A program made the position numbers and the translations under genes. Under the pieces are notes generated by a model, which saw only the letters and a list, made by a program, of their open reading frames with translations, did not search any database and had not been told where the DNA came from. A stretch of DNA of 64,000 nucleotides from an uncultured bacterium (GTDB taxonomy: Bacteria > Patescibacteriota > Doudnabacteria > UBA920): assembly GCA_963749445.1 (NCBI GenBank), contig CAVVMJ010000006.1, forward strand, positions 10,979 through 74,978, written 5' to 3'. Below are positions 27,907-39,195 of this stretch, piece after piece (position 1 is the first letter of the stretch; the number at the start of each line of letters is the position of its first letter).

Positions 27907-29400
27907 ATGGAAATTGAAGATTTGCAAAATAAACTAATCGCCATTTTGGGGTATGGGCGGGAAGGCAAAGCGGTGACGAAGTATCTATTAAAGCACGGCA
28001 TAAAACCCGTGCTGTTTGATCAAAGGCCTTGGGAAGACTGGGATGAAATTGAGAAATCGGAAATTAGGAAATTGGGGTTAAATTTTATTTTTGGGCCGGA
28101 TGTTTTAAGGAGTTGATAGGGTTTGACGTGGCGTTTAGGAGTCCGGGGATTAGATTATCTGATATTGATCAGATGATGCCCCTCGGCTCAAGTGCGGCCC
28201 GTGCCCGAGGGGCATCATCGGCAGGCTTGGCCATAACATCTCAAACCAAATGGTTTTTTGAGCATTGCCCGTGCAAAATTATCGGTGTCACGGGAACAAA
28301 GGGAAAGGGGACGACAGTAAGTTTGATATATCAAATTTTAAGCTGTAGCGCGCCCATTTATCGGCTTCCAAGGTCGCCGATAAATCGGCACGCTAAACCG
28401 GGGAAACATTATCTCACCGGCAATATCGGCAAAGATTCAGCCTCTGGAGATTCTGGATGATTTGAAGACAGATGATTGGGTGGTTTACGAGCTGTCCAGT
28501 TTTCAACTGCAGGATTTGGACCGCAGCCCTCACGTCGGAGTTGTTCTGATGGTCACGAGCGAGCATTTGGATTATCACGCGAGCCAAAAAGAATACGTTG
28601 AAGCCAAATCGGCAATAACAAAATTCCAAACCGCTGATGATTTTGCCGTAGTGAACGCGGATTTTGAAAATTCAATAAAAATCGGCGAGCTGGGAAAAGG
28701 CAAAAAAATTTATTTCAGCAGACAAAAACTTTTAGGAGAGGGATGTTTTATAAAAGATGACAGCGTTTACTGTAGCGGCACGCCGTGGCGTGCCGAAGAA
28801 AAAGGCATGCCGCGGCATGCCCCTACAAGAGTATGTAACATTCTTGAAATAAAAAACCTACAACTCCGTGGAGCACACAATCTGGAAAACGTCTGCGCCG
28901 CGACCTGCGTCGGCAAGATTTTAAACATCGATGACAAAACCATCACCCAAGCCGTAACGGGATTCAAAGGTTTGGAACATCGCCTGGAATTCGTGACCGA
29001 AAAACAAGGTATAAAATTTTACAATGACTCCTTTTCTACCACGCCGGAAACCGCCATTGCAGCAATAAAATCTTTCGATGAACCATTGATTGTTATTTTA
29101 GGCGGCTCTTCCAAGCACGCAGACTTTACGGACCTGGGACGGACAATTACGGAAAGTAAAAATGTTAAAAGCGTAATTTTGATCGGCCAGGAGGCGGCCA
29201 AAATCAAGTCTGCGATAAATATCGGTAAAATAAAAACCCTGGAAGGCGCAAAAAATATGGCGGAAATTTTTTTCCAAATCAAATCCGTTGCAGCAGCGGG
29301 CGACGTGGTGCTGTTCAGCCCGGCTTGCGCCAGTTTTGATATGTTTAAAAATTACGCGGACCGGGGAAAGCAGTTTAAGTTACACGCTACATCTTTTTAA
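27907..29400 (+). CDS. murD: UDP-N-acetylmuramoylalanine--D-glutamate ligase. It is split into three ORFs by two frame changes (about 28102 in a TTTT run, about 28431 in an AAA run). It also carries three in-frame palindromic insertions.
   Basis: [11 protein letters not shown].., [16 protein letters not shown]-loop, [21 protein letters not shown] and the C-terminal ligase domain, read across frames 1, 0 and 1. Confidence 0.7.
28172..28219. repeat. In-frame palindromic insertion in murD: GATGATGCCCCTCGG..CCGAGGGGCATCATC. It encodes [16 protein letters not shown].
   Basis: Perfect 15-bp arms, absent from canonical MurD proteins. Confidence 0.6.
28344..28395. repeat. Family R2 palindromic element TGTAGCGCGCC-ATTTATCGGC..GCCGATAAATCGGCACGCTA, inserted in frame in murD. 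Intergenic copies at 45962-46011 and 47311-47370.
   Basis: Three copies by direct comparison. This copy encodes [19 protein letters not shown]. Confidence 0.65.
28777..28822. repeat. Family R3 double-hairpin element GGCACGCC-N-GGCGTGCC..GGCATGCC-N-GGCATGCC, inserted in frame in murD. Second copy in the helicase at 59953-59998.
   Basis: Two copies. They encode [16 protein letters not shown] in murD and KARLGVPDKNGMPRHATT in the helicase. Confidence 0.65.
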
Positions 29401-29495
29401 AATTTTTCTATCTTTACTAACTACTAATCAATACTAATATACGAATAGTGCGCTTGTATTAGTATATTCGTAAAAATTAGTAGTTAGTAAAGCCA

Positions 29496-30595
29496 GTGAA
29501 TAAACTTAGCATGATCAAAAAAAAGAAAACCAAGGGCGATTTTAACTGGCCGCTGTTTACCACCCTGATTCTGCTGCTGCTCTACGGGCTGGCGGCGCTG
29601 TATTCGGCTTCCACAGTGCAGTCCTACCAAAACTTCGGCACCACCACTTATTACATTTACCACCAGGTGCTTTACGGCGGCGCGCTTGGGTTGCTTGCGC
29701 TGCTGATTTTTTCTAAGGCCGATTACCACATCTGGCAAAAATATTTACCGGTTTTGCTGATTGTATCGCTGCTGCTTCTGGCCATGGTAAAAATCAGCGC
29801 GTTCGGCTTCAGCTCCGGCGGCGCCGAGCGCTGGCTGCATTTTGGGGCACTGTCCTTCCAGCCTTCGGAGCTGGCCAAGCTGGTGATTATTTTTTACATC
29901 GCCTCCTGGGTAGACAAAAAACGCCGGGCGCTGAACAATTTTTATTTCGGCTTGCTCCCGTCTTTAGTGATTGTGGCTCTGTTTGCCGCTTTGATTTTGT
30001 GGCAGCCGGACTTGGGCACCATGCTGGTTTTGGTGGGCGTGGCCTTAGGCATGCTGTTTGAAGCCGGTGTGGATTTTAAAATTTTTTTTGGCATCGTTTT
30101 GGCCGGCCTGCTGTTGCTGTTTGTGTTTGTCCGGCTGGAACCGTACCGCGCCCAGCGCCTGACCAGCTTTTTTAACCCTTCGGTCGACAAACAAAACGCC
30201 AGCTACCAGATCAACCAATCGCTTTTAGCCATCGGCTCCGGGGAAGTCTGGGGTTACGGCTACGGCCTGTCACGCCAAAAACACAATTATTTGCCGGAAG
30301 CAATGAACGATTCCATTTTTGCCGTGACCTCGGAAGAGCTCGGCTTTGCCCGCGTAATTTTTATTTTGGGCCTGTTCGGCCTGCTGGCGGTCCAGGGTTT
30401 TTTGGTCAGTAGGCGCGCGCCCGACATGTTCGGCAAGCTGGCCGCCGGAGGCATTACCTTATGGATAATTTTACAGGCAGTTGTCAACATCGGCGCCATG
30501 GTTGGTTTGCTGCCGCTTACCGGCATCCCGCTGCCGTTTTCAGTTACGGCAGCACCGCTCTGCTGATTAATCTTGCCGCTATGGGGATTGTGTTT
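29496..30595 (+). CDS. ftsW: Peptidoglycan glycosyltransferase / lipid II flippase of the SEDS family (FtsW/RodA). There is a frame change near 30535 in a TTTT run. The listed ORF stops at 30566, but the true C-terminus reads ..PFVSYGSTALLINLAAMGIVFNISRQGS.
   Basis: Ten TM helices and SEDS motifs. The C-terminal SYGSTALL continues in the adjacent frame. Confidence 0.7.
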
Positions 30596-30629
30596 AATAT
30601 TTCAAGACAGGGGAGTTGATAGAACCTTA

Positions 30630-30745
30630 GGACTATGCTGCCGACGTTCCATTTCGAGCCCAAGGACATAGGGCGAGAAATCTGTGATTAAACAGATCCC
30701 TCCCGCCTCCGCCAAGGCTACGGCGGGCAAGCCACTTGCCAGCGT
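30630..30745 (+). ncRNA. Conserved motif of about 90-115 nt of unknown class, CCATTTCGAGCCCAAGGACATAGGGCGAGAAATCT...CAGATCCCTCC...GGCTACGG (copy 1). Copy 2 is at 34822-34935, upstream of lepA. Possibly a structured RNA or leader.
   Basis: The two copies share a 35-nt near-identical core plus a downstream CCTCC..GGCTACG block. Neither can be coding. Confidence 0.3.
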
Positions 30746-30888
30746 CGGCTTTGCCCGACGAACCCCGGATCTCAGTCCGGGGGAAGTCGGGTCGGGATGG
30801 AGAAACCTCGAGACTAAAATCCATTTATCATGAACATCGGCCAAACTTAGTTTATGGCTTCCTGGTCATACCTGTCTAAAAATAGCAT

Positions 30889-33057
30889 ATGAAGCAACAA
30901 AAATTTAAATTTTACACCCAAAAAGGCCGTTACTTAAATTTTGTCGGGGAGCGGCAAAATTTGACCTGGAAAACCGCGCTGAAAACCTTGCCAAAATTTA
31001 TTTGGGCAATTGTTGTCGGCGTATGCTTTCGCTTCGGCAGCGCGGTCTACGGGTTTTTCAGTCGGTCGCTGGCGTTCATCCAAAAACAGCTTGCCGCGAC
31101 AGCCGCAGCGGCGCGGCAAAGATTAGCCTTGATAAAAAACGGTCATCTGGGTAAAACCCTGGCCACCTTTCTGGTTATCGCGCTTTTGAGTTATGGCGGA
31201 CTGGCCGCGTTTCATTTATTGGCCAAAGGACTGGAGCTCAAAAATCGCCTCGTGAACGTGGCCCTGCTCGGCAGCCAGGATTTAGCTGATGCCAAAAATG
31301 CTTTACAAGATCAAAATTTTAGCGAAGCCGGGGCAAAATTTCAACAGGCTTATCAGGCCTTTGCCACCGGACAAAAACAGTTGGCGGATGAAAACCGCGG
31401 ACTCAACGATTTGCTGAATTTGCTGCCGCAAAAACAGGATTCCGACAAATTGTTCGCGGCCGCGGCGCTGTTGTCGGGCGCGGGCGAGAATTTTACCAAA
31501 GCCTGCCAAAATTTCGGCAGTTTGAGCATTACGGCCGTTGGCCTTTCCGGCAATGGACAAAATAATCCCGATTTAGCCGCTTCCAAAACGCTCATCGATA
31601 CAGCTTTGGCTCAAATTAACCAAGCCGGGAACTTGGTTCAAAGCGTCAACTCCAATTTGCTGCCCGGAGCTTATCGCGAAAAACTGGCGGCCCTGCAGCA
31701 AAATTACGTCATTATCCAGCGGGCTTTTGAGGATTTGCGCGATACCGTAAATTTGGCTTTTGGCCTGTTAAACGGCGACAAGCGCGTACTGCTTTTAATG
31801 GAAAACAATAACGAACTCCGGCCGACCGGCGGCTTTATGGGCACTTTTGGCGATGCCCATATTGTTAATGGCAACCTCCTATCCTTAAACGTCAGCAGTA
31901 TTTACGATTTAGACGGTCAGCTGTCCCAAAAAATCCAGCCGCCGTTTCCGATTTACGCGGTCAATGACCGCTGGTTTTTACGCGATGCCAACTGGTTCGC
32001 GGATTTTCCGTCCACGGCCCAAAAAATCACCCACTTCTACGAACAGGAGGGCGGCCAGACTCCGGACGAGATTGTCGCGTTAACGCCCACGGTTTTACAA
32101 AATCTGCTGGCCCTCACCGGGCCAATCCAACTGCCGCGCTACGGCGTCACTTTGACGCCTGACAATTTTATTGAAACTATTCAAATCCAGTCTTCGATTT
32201 ATTACAATGGCTCGGACAACAAGCCCAAACAAATTTTGGCTGATTTGTTTCCGGTTTTGCTCACGCGGCTCGGCAGCCTGCCCAAAGAACAATTTCCACA
32301 GCTACTGCAGATTATCCAAGACAGCTTTAACCAAAAACAGCTGGTTTTATACGCGCGCGACAACCCAACCGAAACCCAAATCAAAGCCTACAACTGGGGC
32401 GGCGGGATTTTGGACGCTGACCGTGACTATTTAAATATTATCAGCGCCAATTTAAACGGCAGCAAAACCGATTTGTATTTAAAACAAAGCCTTAACCTAA
32501 AAACATCGATTGCCAAAGACGGCCAGCTCACCGACCAGCTCATTATCACGCGCACCAACACCATGCCCGACCTTCCGGGCACGGCCAACGCCAGCTTTAT
32601 CAGGATCATGGTGCCGCAGGGCTCTACGCTCGTCAGCAACGCGGGTTTTGACTATAATACCGGCACGCCTCCGGACACTGCCGGATACCAAACCGACCCA
32701 GATGTTGCGGTCTGGGAACAAAGTATTGTCAAGGATTTTGTCTCCGGCACCAGCATCGGCCGCGAGGCGGGCAAAACTTTTTTCGGCAACTGGCTCACGG
32801 TCAAAGGCGGCCAAACCAAGACCGTGACATTGACCTATAGGTTGCCGTTCAAACTGGCAAGCCTTGATCATTTTAGCCTCTTGGCGCAAAAGCAAATCGG
32901 CGCCCTGCCCGCGGATTTTTCCTACAGCCTGGATTTTCCGGCGCGGCATTTGCTCTGGCAGAATTTTTCGCCGGATAATTTACAGGCTGACCATTTCACT
33001 TATAATTTCAGTTTGGATAAAGACACTTTGCTTGGGGAAGTGTTTGGTGGGTATTAA
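30889..33057 (+). CDS. DUF4012 domain envelope protein
   Basis: N-terminal TM helix and the signature LLLMENNNELRPTGGFMGTFG. Confidence 0.6.
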   Translation: MKQQKFKFYTQKGRYLNFVGERQNLTWKTALKTLPKFIWAIVVGVCFRFGSAVYGFFSRSLAFIQKQLAATAAAARQRLALIKNGHLGKTLATFLVIALLSYGGLAAFHLLAKGLELKNRLVNVALLGSQDLADAKNALQDQNFSEAGAKFQQAYQAFATGQKQLADENRGLNDLLNLLPQKQDSDKLFAAAALLSGAGENFTKACQNFGSLSITAVGLSGNGQNNPDLAASKTLIDTALAQINQAGNLVQSVNSNLLPGAYREKLAALQQNYVIIQRAFEDLRDTVNLAFGLLNGDKRVLLLMENNNELRPTGGFMGTFGDAHIVNGNLLSLNVSSIYDLDGQLSQKIQPPFPIYAVNDRWFLRDANWFADFPSTAQKITHFYEQEGGQTPDEIVALTPTVLQNLLALTGPIQLPRYGVTLTPDNFIETIQIQSSIYYNGSDNKPKQILADLFPVLLTRLGSLPKEQFPQLLQIIQDSFNQKQLVLYARDNPTETQIKAYNWGGGILDADRDYLNIISANLNGSKTDLYLKQSLNLKTSIAKDGQLTDQLIITRTNTMPDLPGTANASFIRIMVPQGSTLVSNAGFDYNTGTPPDTAGYQTDPDVAVWEQSIVKDFVSGTSIGREAGKTFFGNWLTVKGGQTKTVTLTYRLPFKLASLDHFSLLAQKQIGALPADFSYSLDFPARHLLWQNFSPDNLQADHFTYNFSLDKDTLLGEVFGGY

Positions 33058-33073
33058 TCATAAGCTTTACTGC

Positions 33074-33148
33074 CATCCCGGAATTTTTTGCGCAGATGGT
33101 TATCGCAAGCCGCAAAAAATATCCGGGATCCAGATTCTGGATCCCGCA
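33074..33148. repeat. Family R-hp intergenic hairpin element CATCCCGGAATTTTTTGCGCAGATGGTTATCGCAAGCCGCAAAAAATATCCGGGATC (copy 1 of 3). Others at 44583-44668 and 49318-49400.
   Basis: Three near-identical copies, all just 3' of genes. Arms CCCGGAATTTTTTGCG / CGCAAAAAATATCCGGG. Confidence 0.65.
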
Positions 33149-33216
33149 ATTTTTCAGGACCGATAAAATCCCAAAACCTGAAAAATTGCGGGATGACACC
33201 TAAATAAAAATTCATT

Positions 33217-34800
33217 ATGAAATCCTTCTCATCCCTCGAAAACGAATTCACCGTCGGCAAAGCCGCCTTTATTATCGGCATTTTTACTTTGCTGGCCAAG
33301 CTGGTGGCGCTGTTCCGCGACCCGCTGATAATTGCCAAAATCGGGGTGGGGGATTTGTCCGACATTTATTTTTCCGCCTTCCGAGTGCCGGATTTTATTT
33401 TTAATTTGCTGGTTTTAGGCACGCTATCGGTTGCTTTAATCCCCATAATCAGCGAATGGCTGCTAAAAGACAAGGCACGGGCTTACCGGATTGCTAATTC
33501 CGTTCTGAATTTGTCTTTTTTAGTGATGGCCGGAATTTGCCTGCTGCTATTCTTTTTTGCGCCGAACCTCACCAAACTTTTAGTGCCGGGATTTTCCGGT
33601 GAAAAACTTCTCCGCACCACCCAAATGATGCGCCTGTTTTTGCTGTCGCCGGTTATATTTACCTTATCCAACACCTTTAGCAGCATTTTAACTTCCCACA
33701 AAAAATTCCTGATCTTAAGCCTGGCGCCGGTGCTTTATAATCTCGGGATTATTTTGGACTTGTGGTATTTTACCCGCATTTTGGGCTCACTGGCCTGGGC
33801 TGGGGCGTGATTTTAGGCGCGCTTTTACACATGTTTGTCCAATTTTTGGAAAGCCGCCGCCTCGGCTTTGTCTGGCAGCCGATTATAGACTGGCACAGTC
33901 CGGAGCTAAAAAAAATCTTTAAACTGTTTTTGCCCCGCGTCATCGGTATGGATATTTCCCAGGTCAGTTTGATAATTGCCACCACGGTCGGCTCCATTTT
34001 AACCGCGGGTTCGGTCACGATTTTTACCGCGGCCAACAATTTGGCGGCCGTGCCTTTCGGGGATTTTTGCGCTATCCGTAGCCACCGCTTCCTTCCCGCT
34101 GCTGTCGGAATATTTTGCGGCCAAAAACCAAACCGGTTTTTTGGAAACACTCGGCAAAAACATTACCGACGTGCTGTTTTTTATGGTGCCCCTGTCCGTG
34201 TTAATGATTATTTTCCGCGCCTTCATTGTGCGCGTAATTTACGGGCACGGCAATTTTAACTGGGACAACACGATTGCCCTGTTTACGGTATTCGGAATTT
34301 TGACTTTGTCCTTGGTAAGCCAATCGCTAAGTCCGCTGTTTTCGCGCAGCTTTTACGCGCGGCAGAACACCATAATTCCGGTTCGGTCAACGTCTGTTCC
34401 ATTATTTTGAACGGCGGTTTTGGCTTATGTTAGGCAAACGTTTTGGCCTGATGGGCATTGCTTGGGGTTTTGCCATTGCCTGCAGCGTTTGACTCTTTAT
34501 TGATGTTTATTTGTTTGCGCTACCGGCTAAATTAAAGAAGGTTTGTCTTTGATTGATTTTGACAGAACGATAATGGTGTTTATCGGCAAAATTTTGGCCG
34601 CCTCGGTTTTGATGGGTTTTGCTGGCTACGGCGCTCTGTATTTTCTGGCTTCCCGCCTGCAAACCGATACCACAATAGGGAGTTTAATTCAGTCGGCCAT
34701 AGCCGGAATTTTCGCAATTTTGGTTTTTCTGTTCTGCGCCAACAGTCTGGGCTTAAAACAGGCCAAAACCGCCATGGATTTTTTCCGCCGATTAATGTAG
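33217..34800 (+). CDS. murJ: Lipid II flippase MurJ/MviN. It is fragmented into at least four ORFs by five or more frame changes (about 33790, 34075, 34385, 34440-34540).
   Basis: N-terminal motif FIIGIFTLLAKLVALFRDPLIIAKIGVGDLSDIYFSAFRVP. Successive ORFs at 33762, 34141 and 34543 continue the MurJ TM topology. Confidence 0.6.
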
Positions 34801-34821
34801 ACTAGATAAACTATAATTTAC

Positions 34822-34935
34822 CATTTCGAGCCCAATGACCAAGGGCGAGAAATCTATCGTTCCCTGACGTTTCAAATACAGATTCCTCCACTCCTCGCCC
34901 ATTCGGCTACGCTCAGGGCGACCCTGAGTTCAACC
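34822..34935 (+). ncRNA. Copy 2 of the conserved CCATTTCGAGCCCAA-GACCAAGGGCGAGAAATCT motif, in the lepA 5' region
   Basis: See the 30630 entry. GGCTACGCTCAGGGCGA also resembles GGCCTACGCTCAGGGTGA in the 5' region of the 6571 gene at 6527-6544. Confidence 0.3.
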
Positions 34936-34977
34936 GAAAGGGTCGGATGCACTCGTCGGTCGGAATGGAAAAAGATT

Positions 34978-36824
34978 ATGCCCCAAGAAAACATTCGAAA
35001 CTTCTGCATCATCGCCCATATCGACCATGGCAAATCCACTTTGGCTGACCGGCTTTTGGAAATTACCCATACCGTGAGCAGAGGGATATGAAAGACCAGC
35101 TTTTGGACCAGATGGATTTGGAAAGAGAGCGGGGAATTACCATAAAGCTGCAGCCGGTCAGGATGGAATATCGTTTGCCGGATGTAGGGGCGGATACCCT
35201 CCGCCCGAACAATGGGAAGATAATATCTTCCCCTACGCCTTACATCTTGAATCTGATTGATACCCCGGGACACGTTGATTTCACCTATGAAGTCATCCAG
35301 ATCATTAGCCTGCTGTGAAGGCGCGATTTTGGTGGTGGACACCACCCAGGGCATAGAAGCGCAAACTTTGGCTAACGTGCACTTGGCAATGGAGCATAAT
35401 TTGACGTTAATTCCCGTCGTCAATAAAATTGATTTGCCCAATTCCAACCGCAAAAAAACCGCGGAGGAACTAAAAGCCGCCTTTGGGTTTACGGAAGATG
35501 AAATTTTGTACGCATCCGGCAAAACCGGCGAAGGCGTGGAGGAAATTATTAAAGGAAGTCATAGAAAAAGTGCCGCCGCCCAAGGGCGACGAGCAAAAGC
35601 CTTTTAGAGGATTAATTTTTGACTCGCTGTATGATATTCATCGGGGAGTGATAGTATACGTGCGCTGTTTTGAAGGCGAGCTGAAGGCGCGGCAAAAAAT
35701 CTTTGCCATTGGCAGCCAAACCGAGGCGGAAAGTTTGGAGGTCGGCTATTTCCACCCCAAAATGGAAAAACAGCGATGGAATTAAAACCGGCGAAGTCGG
35801 CTATATTGTCACCGGGCTTCGCGACGTGTCAAAGGCGCGGGTAGGCGACACCATTACACTGTTTGACCGCAAAACCGAGTCCAGCAGCTTCCAGGCTACA
35901 AACATATAAAGCCAATGGTTTACGCCACCATTTTCCCGGTATCCGGCGATGATTATCCTATTTTAAGGGACGCGATGAATAAACTAAAGTTCAGCGACGC
36001 ATCCTTGGACTTTGAGCCGATAAACATCCCGTCAATCGGTTTTGGCTTCCGGACCGGTTTCTTCGGCCTTTTCATATGGACATTGTGCAGGAGCGGCTTA
36101 ACGCGCGAATATAATTTAGATTTGGTGCTCACCGCGCCGTCCGTCGCATATCGCATTATTAAAACCAACAACGAAGAACTCTACATCCACAACCCGGCCG
36201 AAATGCCCGATCCCAGCGTCATCAAAGAAATGTACGAGCCGTGGATGACCGTTAACATTTTGACGCCCGCCGAATACATCGGGCCGGTTATGGAAATCGC
36301 CACCCAGCGCCGCGCCATTTCCAAAGACATTAAATACATCGGAAGCTCCCGCGTGGATATGCATTTTGAAATGCCGCTTTCCAACATTATTATAGATTTT
36401 TATGATAAATTAAAATCCGTCTCTTCACGGATACGCCTCGCTCAATTATGAATTTATAGAGGAGCGACTAGGGGATTTGGTTAAAGTGGATATTTTGGTG
36501 GCCGGCGAGCCGGTGCCGGCCTTGGCCGCGCTGATGTACCGCGGCACCGCTGCCAATGACGGCAAAGAACTCGTGGAGAAATTAAAAAAACTGATTCCGC
36601 GCCACCAGTTTGAAATCGCCATCCAAGCCGCCATCGGCGGCAAAATCATCGCCCGCGAAACCATTTCCGCCCTCCGCAAAGACGTCACCGGCTATTTCTA
36701 TGGCGGCGACGTCACCCGCAAAATGAAACTTTTGCAAAAACAAAAAAAGGGAAAGAAACGGATGAAAAGGATTGGAAAAGTTGATATACCTCAAGAGGCG
36801 TTCTTGGCTGTTTTGAAAAAATAA
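34978..36824 (+). CDS. lepA: Translation elongation factor 4 (LepA). It is fragmented into about seven ORFs by frame changes. It also contains an in-frame palindromic insertion at 35184-35236.
   Basis: [75 protein letters not shown], and the C-terminal [40 protein letters not shown]. Confidence 0.7.
35184..35236. repeat. In-frame nested palindromic insertion in lepA: GTAGGGGCGGATACCCTCCGCCC..GGGAAGATAATATCTTCCCCTAC. It encodes [22 protein letters not shown].
   Basis: GTAGGGG/CCCCTAC outer arms and GGGAAGATA/TATCTTCCC inner arms. Absent from canonical LepA G-domains. Confidence 0.55.
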
Positions 36825-36931
36825 CCAATAATGGTATACTTAGGTTGATCAGCCAGAATATAAATTGAAACAAACCTACTTGACATACGTTACAAATTAT
36901 GATAGAGTTAATTTTCATTTAATCATTATCA

Positions 36932-37258
36932 TTGCGTATGTTTAATAACCCTTTCAAACAAATTGACCCAGAAGTGGCAACGGCGTTAAAATACAAATTT
37001 CCGGAAAGACTGGTAGTCAATATCAAACCGTCACAAGACGGCGGTTTTGTGGTATTCGTAGAGAACTTACCCGGCTGCATGACCCAAGCAGAGAACGGGA
37101 AAGAAATTTTTGAAATGGTGAACGACGCCGTTTATACATATCTGAATATTCCAAGACAATATCAAGCCTATATGCCTGCGTTTTTGCCAAATGACGAACA
37201 AAAAGAAAGATTTAAAATTTCCATCCCTGAAACTAAAATCCTGCTACAAAGAGTCTGA
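36932..37258 (+). CDS. HicB-like antitoxin (UPF0150 fold)
   Basis: GGFVVFVENLPGCMTQAENGKEIFEMVNDAV. The stop overlaps the start of the next gene (ATGA). Confidence 0.5.
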   Translation: MRMFNNPFKQIDPEVATALKYKFPERLVVNIKPSQDGGFVVFVENLPGCMTQAENGKEIFEMVNDAVYTYLNIPRQYQAYMPAFLPNDEQKERFKISIPETKILLQRV

Positions 37259-37491
37259 TGAGTGAATTTTACTTTCCAGTCAAAAGAAGAAAACTGCTGA
37301 AAACCCTAAAAAAGTTAGGGCTTTCAATAATTGGAGGCGGCAAACATGACCGAGCCGCTTGCTTAAAAAATGGGGGAACAACAACAGTTCCCAGACATGC
37401 CGAAATTAAAAGGGAAATAGTTGACAGTATTGCAAAATTTTTACTTGATAAGGAATACGATCGCGAACAGCTAATTAAATTGCTTAGATAA
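37258..37491 (+). CDS. HicA-like toxin (YcfA family)
   Basis: LLKTLKKLGLSIIGGGKHD..LKNGGTTTVPRHAEIKREIVDSIAKFL matches K..L...GW......GSHH......G...T.P.H. Confidence 0.45.
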   Translation: MSEFYFPVKRRKLLKTLKKLGLSIIGGGKHDRAACLKNGGTTTVPRHAEIKREIVDSIAKFLLDKEYDREQLIKLLR

Positions 37492-37520
37492 AATCGGCAA
37501 AAGGCCGGTTTTTTGCTAAA
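37492..37520 (+). terminator. Terminator-type hairpin AATCGGCAAAAGGCCGGTTTTTTGC. Related copies at about 37938 and 38500.
   Basis: Three copies of ATCGGCAAAAGGCCGATTTTTTG after consecutive small genes. Confidence 0.5.
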
Positions 37521-37543
37521 ATGCAAATCGAATAAATAAACTT

Positions 37544-37864
37544 ATGGAATTACTGGACCAAAACCCAAGCCCAACCTTGTTTGAACTCGGCAAACCGGAA
37601 CGAACCCACCACCATTGGACAGCCGATGATAAGCGTATTATGGAAACCGCCCGTTACAATTTAGACGAGTTTCTGAGGATTTTACAGCAAAAAGGCGACT
37701 GGCAAACATTTGCCGCCGACTTGGTAAAAAACGATATCCCGACATTGGCGAGGCTCTTAGAAATTAAAGGTTTAATCGAGACGCAAAAGGAAGAAATTAG
37801 AGGTCTCATCACGGAAATTAATGAAGCGGTTCCGGAGTCGTTTGAGTTGCCTGAAAAAAGTTAA
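37544..37864 (+). CDS. Hypothetical protein
   Basis: ORF with an upstream purine-rich site and a terminator-like hairpin after it. Confidence 0.3.
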   Translation: MELLDQNPSPTLFELGKPERTHHHWTADDKRIMETARYNLDEFLRILQQKGDWQTFAADLVKNDIPTLARLLEIKGLIETQKEEIRGLITEINEAVPESFELPEKS

Positions 37865-38001
37865 GAAAAAAGGCTGCAGTAAAATCTTTAATCCAACATG
37901 GTAACTATTCGCACGAATAGTTACCGGATTTGAATTAATCGGCAAAAAGCCGATTTTTTGCTATAGTAAAGGTACGGTTTCACAAAGGAGGAACCGTTCT
38001 T

Positions 38002-38382
38002 ATGGGCACCGCACAATTGGACGTTTTGAATGCCAACGCAAGGCTGCACGACGCAATCTTCACGGTTTTAAATACAGAAGAACTGAGGCCAGAGGTAGTG
38101 GCCATCAATTACTTCTTAATAGAACCGGACGAATTCCTGCCGTGCAAACCCAAGCTAATAGGAACTTGGACGGACAATGAGCTGCCAGAACAGTTTCAGG
38201 TCACTTTCAATGGCAAATGGAAAGAACCGGGTAAGATCATTTACTTCTGTACGCCCGTACCTTCAACCCCGCACTTGGAAAACGTCGACTTGAGGCTGGA
38301 GTACGACACTCGTTCACACCAGATGACCGGACACTGCATCAATCCGTTCAAACCGGACGACCATGTCGTAAGAGCTGGCTAG
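38002..38382 (+). CDS. Hypothetical protein
   Basis: ORF preceded by AAGGAGG. Confidence 0.3.
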   Translation: MGTAQLDVLNANARLHDAIFTVLNTEELRPEVVAINYFLIEPDEFLPCKPKLIGTWTDNELPEQFQVTFNGKWKEPGKIIYFCTPVPSTPHLENVDLRLEYDTRSHQMTGHCINPFKPDDHVVRAG

Positions 38383-38703
38383 TGCCGCCTGCCCGGACAC
38401 GGCAGCGCCGCCTGCCGCACCCAAACGCTCCCCCAAACGTGGCGGCGCGAGACCAGACCCCTCCGCCGCCACAAAACTTAATTAGCATTTTTACAATATC
38501 GGCAAAAGGCCGATTTTTTGTTTTTTGCCCAAAGTGTGATAAAATACTGCCAGAATGTCCATATTCAGAAACCGAAAATATCTTAATAAAGTCATGGCCA
38601 TTGTGATGGTGGTCGTGGTAACAAGCATGGTGGTGGCGCTGTTTGGTGCGGCGTTTATTAACGGCCGGCATTAAAAATTGGCTTTACCGGTAACCAAACG
38701 ATT

Positions 38704-39189
38704 ATGTTCTCCCTAGACCTCCAGCCGAACGAAAAAGTTTTCCGGATTTACCGGCAGACGGAATGGGCGCTCGGCAAGCCCATTCTGATTATTTTTGTTT
38801 TGCTCTACGTGCCCTGGTTTTTGCTGGCGCGCGCCGGGCTGTTCGCGGATTTTGGCAAATGGTTTTTGGTTTGGACTTTGCTTTTACTTTTGTACGGCGT
38901 ATACCGTTACCTGCTGTGGCTGGCCAATTCCTACGTGGTCACGGACCAAAGGCTGATTGTTGTCCGCTATGTGTCATTATTCAAAAAACAGGTTACCGAA
39001 TCGCCGCTTAACCGTATCCAAAACATCAGCTATTCCACCACCGGCTTTTTTTCGTCCTTGCTGAATTACGGCAACGTCCAGGTCCGCGTGGCCGGGCTGG
39101 ACCAGCCGCTGCTTTTGGAACGCCTGCGCGAGCCGGAAAATTTGAAAACTTTTTTGTGGGCTTTACAATCGCATCAACCTAAAGTTTAA
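38704..39189 (+). CDS. Bacterial PH-domain (bPH_2/YdbT-like) membrane protein
   Basis: Two TM helices, then VVTDQRLIVVRYVSLFKKQVTESPLNRIQNISY. Confidence 0.5.
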   Translation: MFSLDLQPNEKVFRIYRQTEWALGKPILIIFVLLYVPWFLLARAGLFADFGKWFLVWTLLLLLYGVYRYLLWLANSYVVTDQRLIVVRYVSLFKKQVTESPLNRIQNISYSTTGFFSSLLNYGNVQVRVAGLDQPLLLERLREPENLKTFLWALQSHQPKV

Positions 39190-39195
39190 AAATTT

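Noticed and set aside
30600-30880. The structured-looking non-coding stretch after ftsW considered as tmRNA or RNase P RNA.
   Set aside because: No tRNA-like 3' end or tag-peptide reading frame (for tmRNA) is present. The P4/GGUGAAA/ACAGAA-type conserved RNase P blocks are also absent. It is reported only as an unclassified conserved motif.
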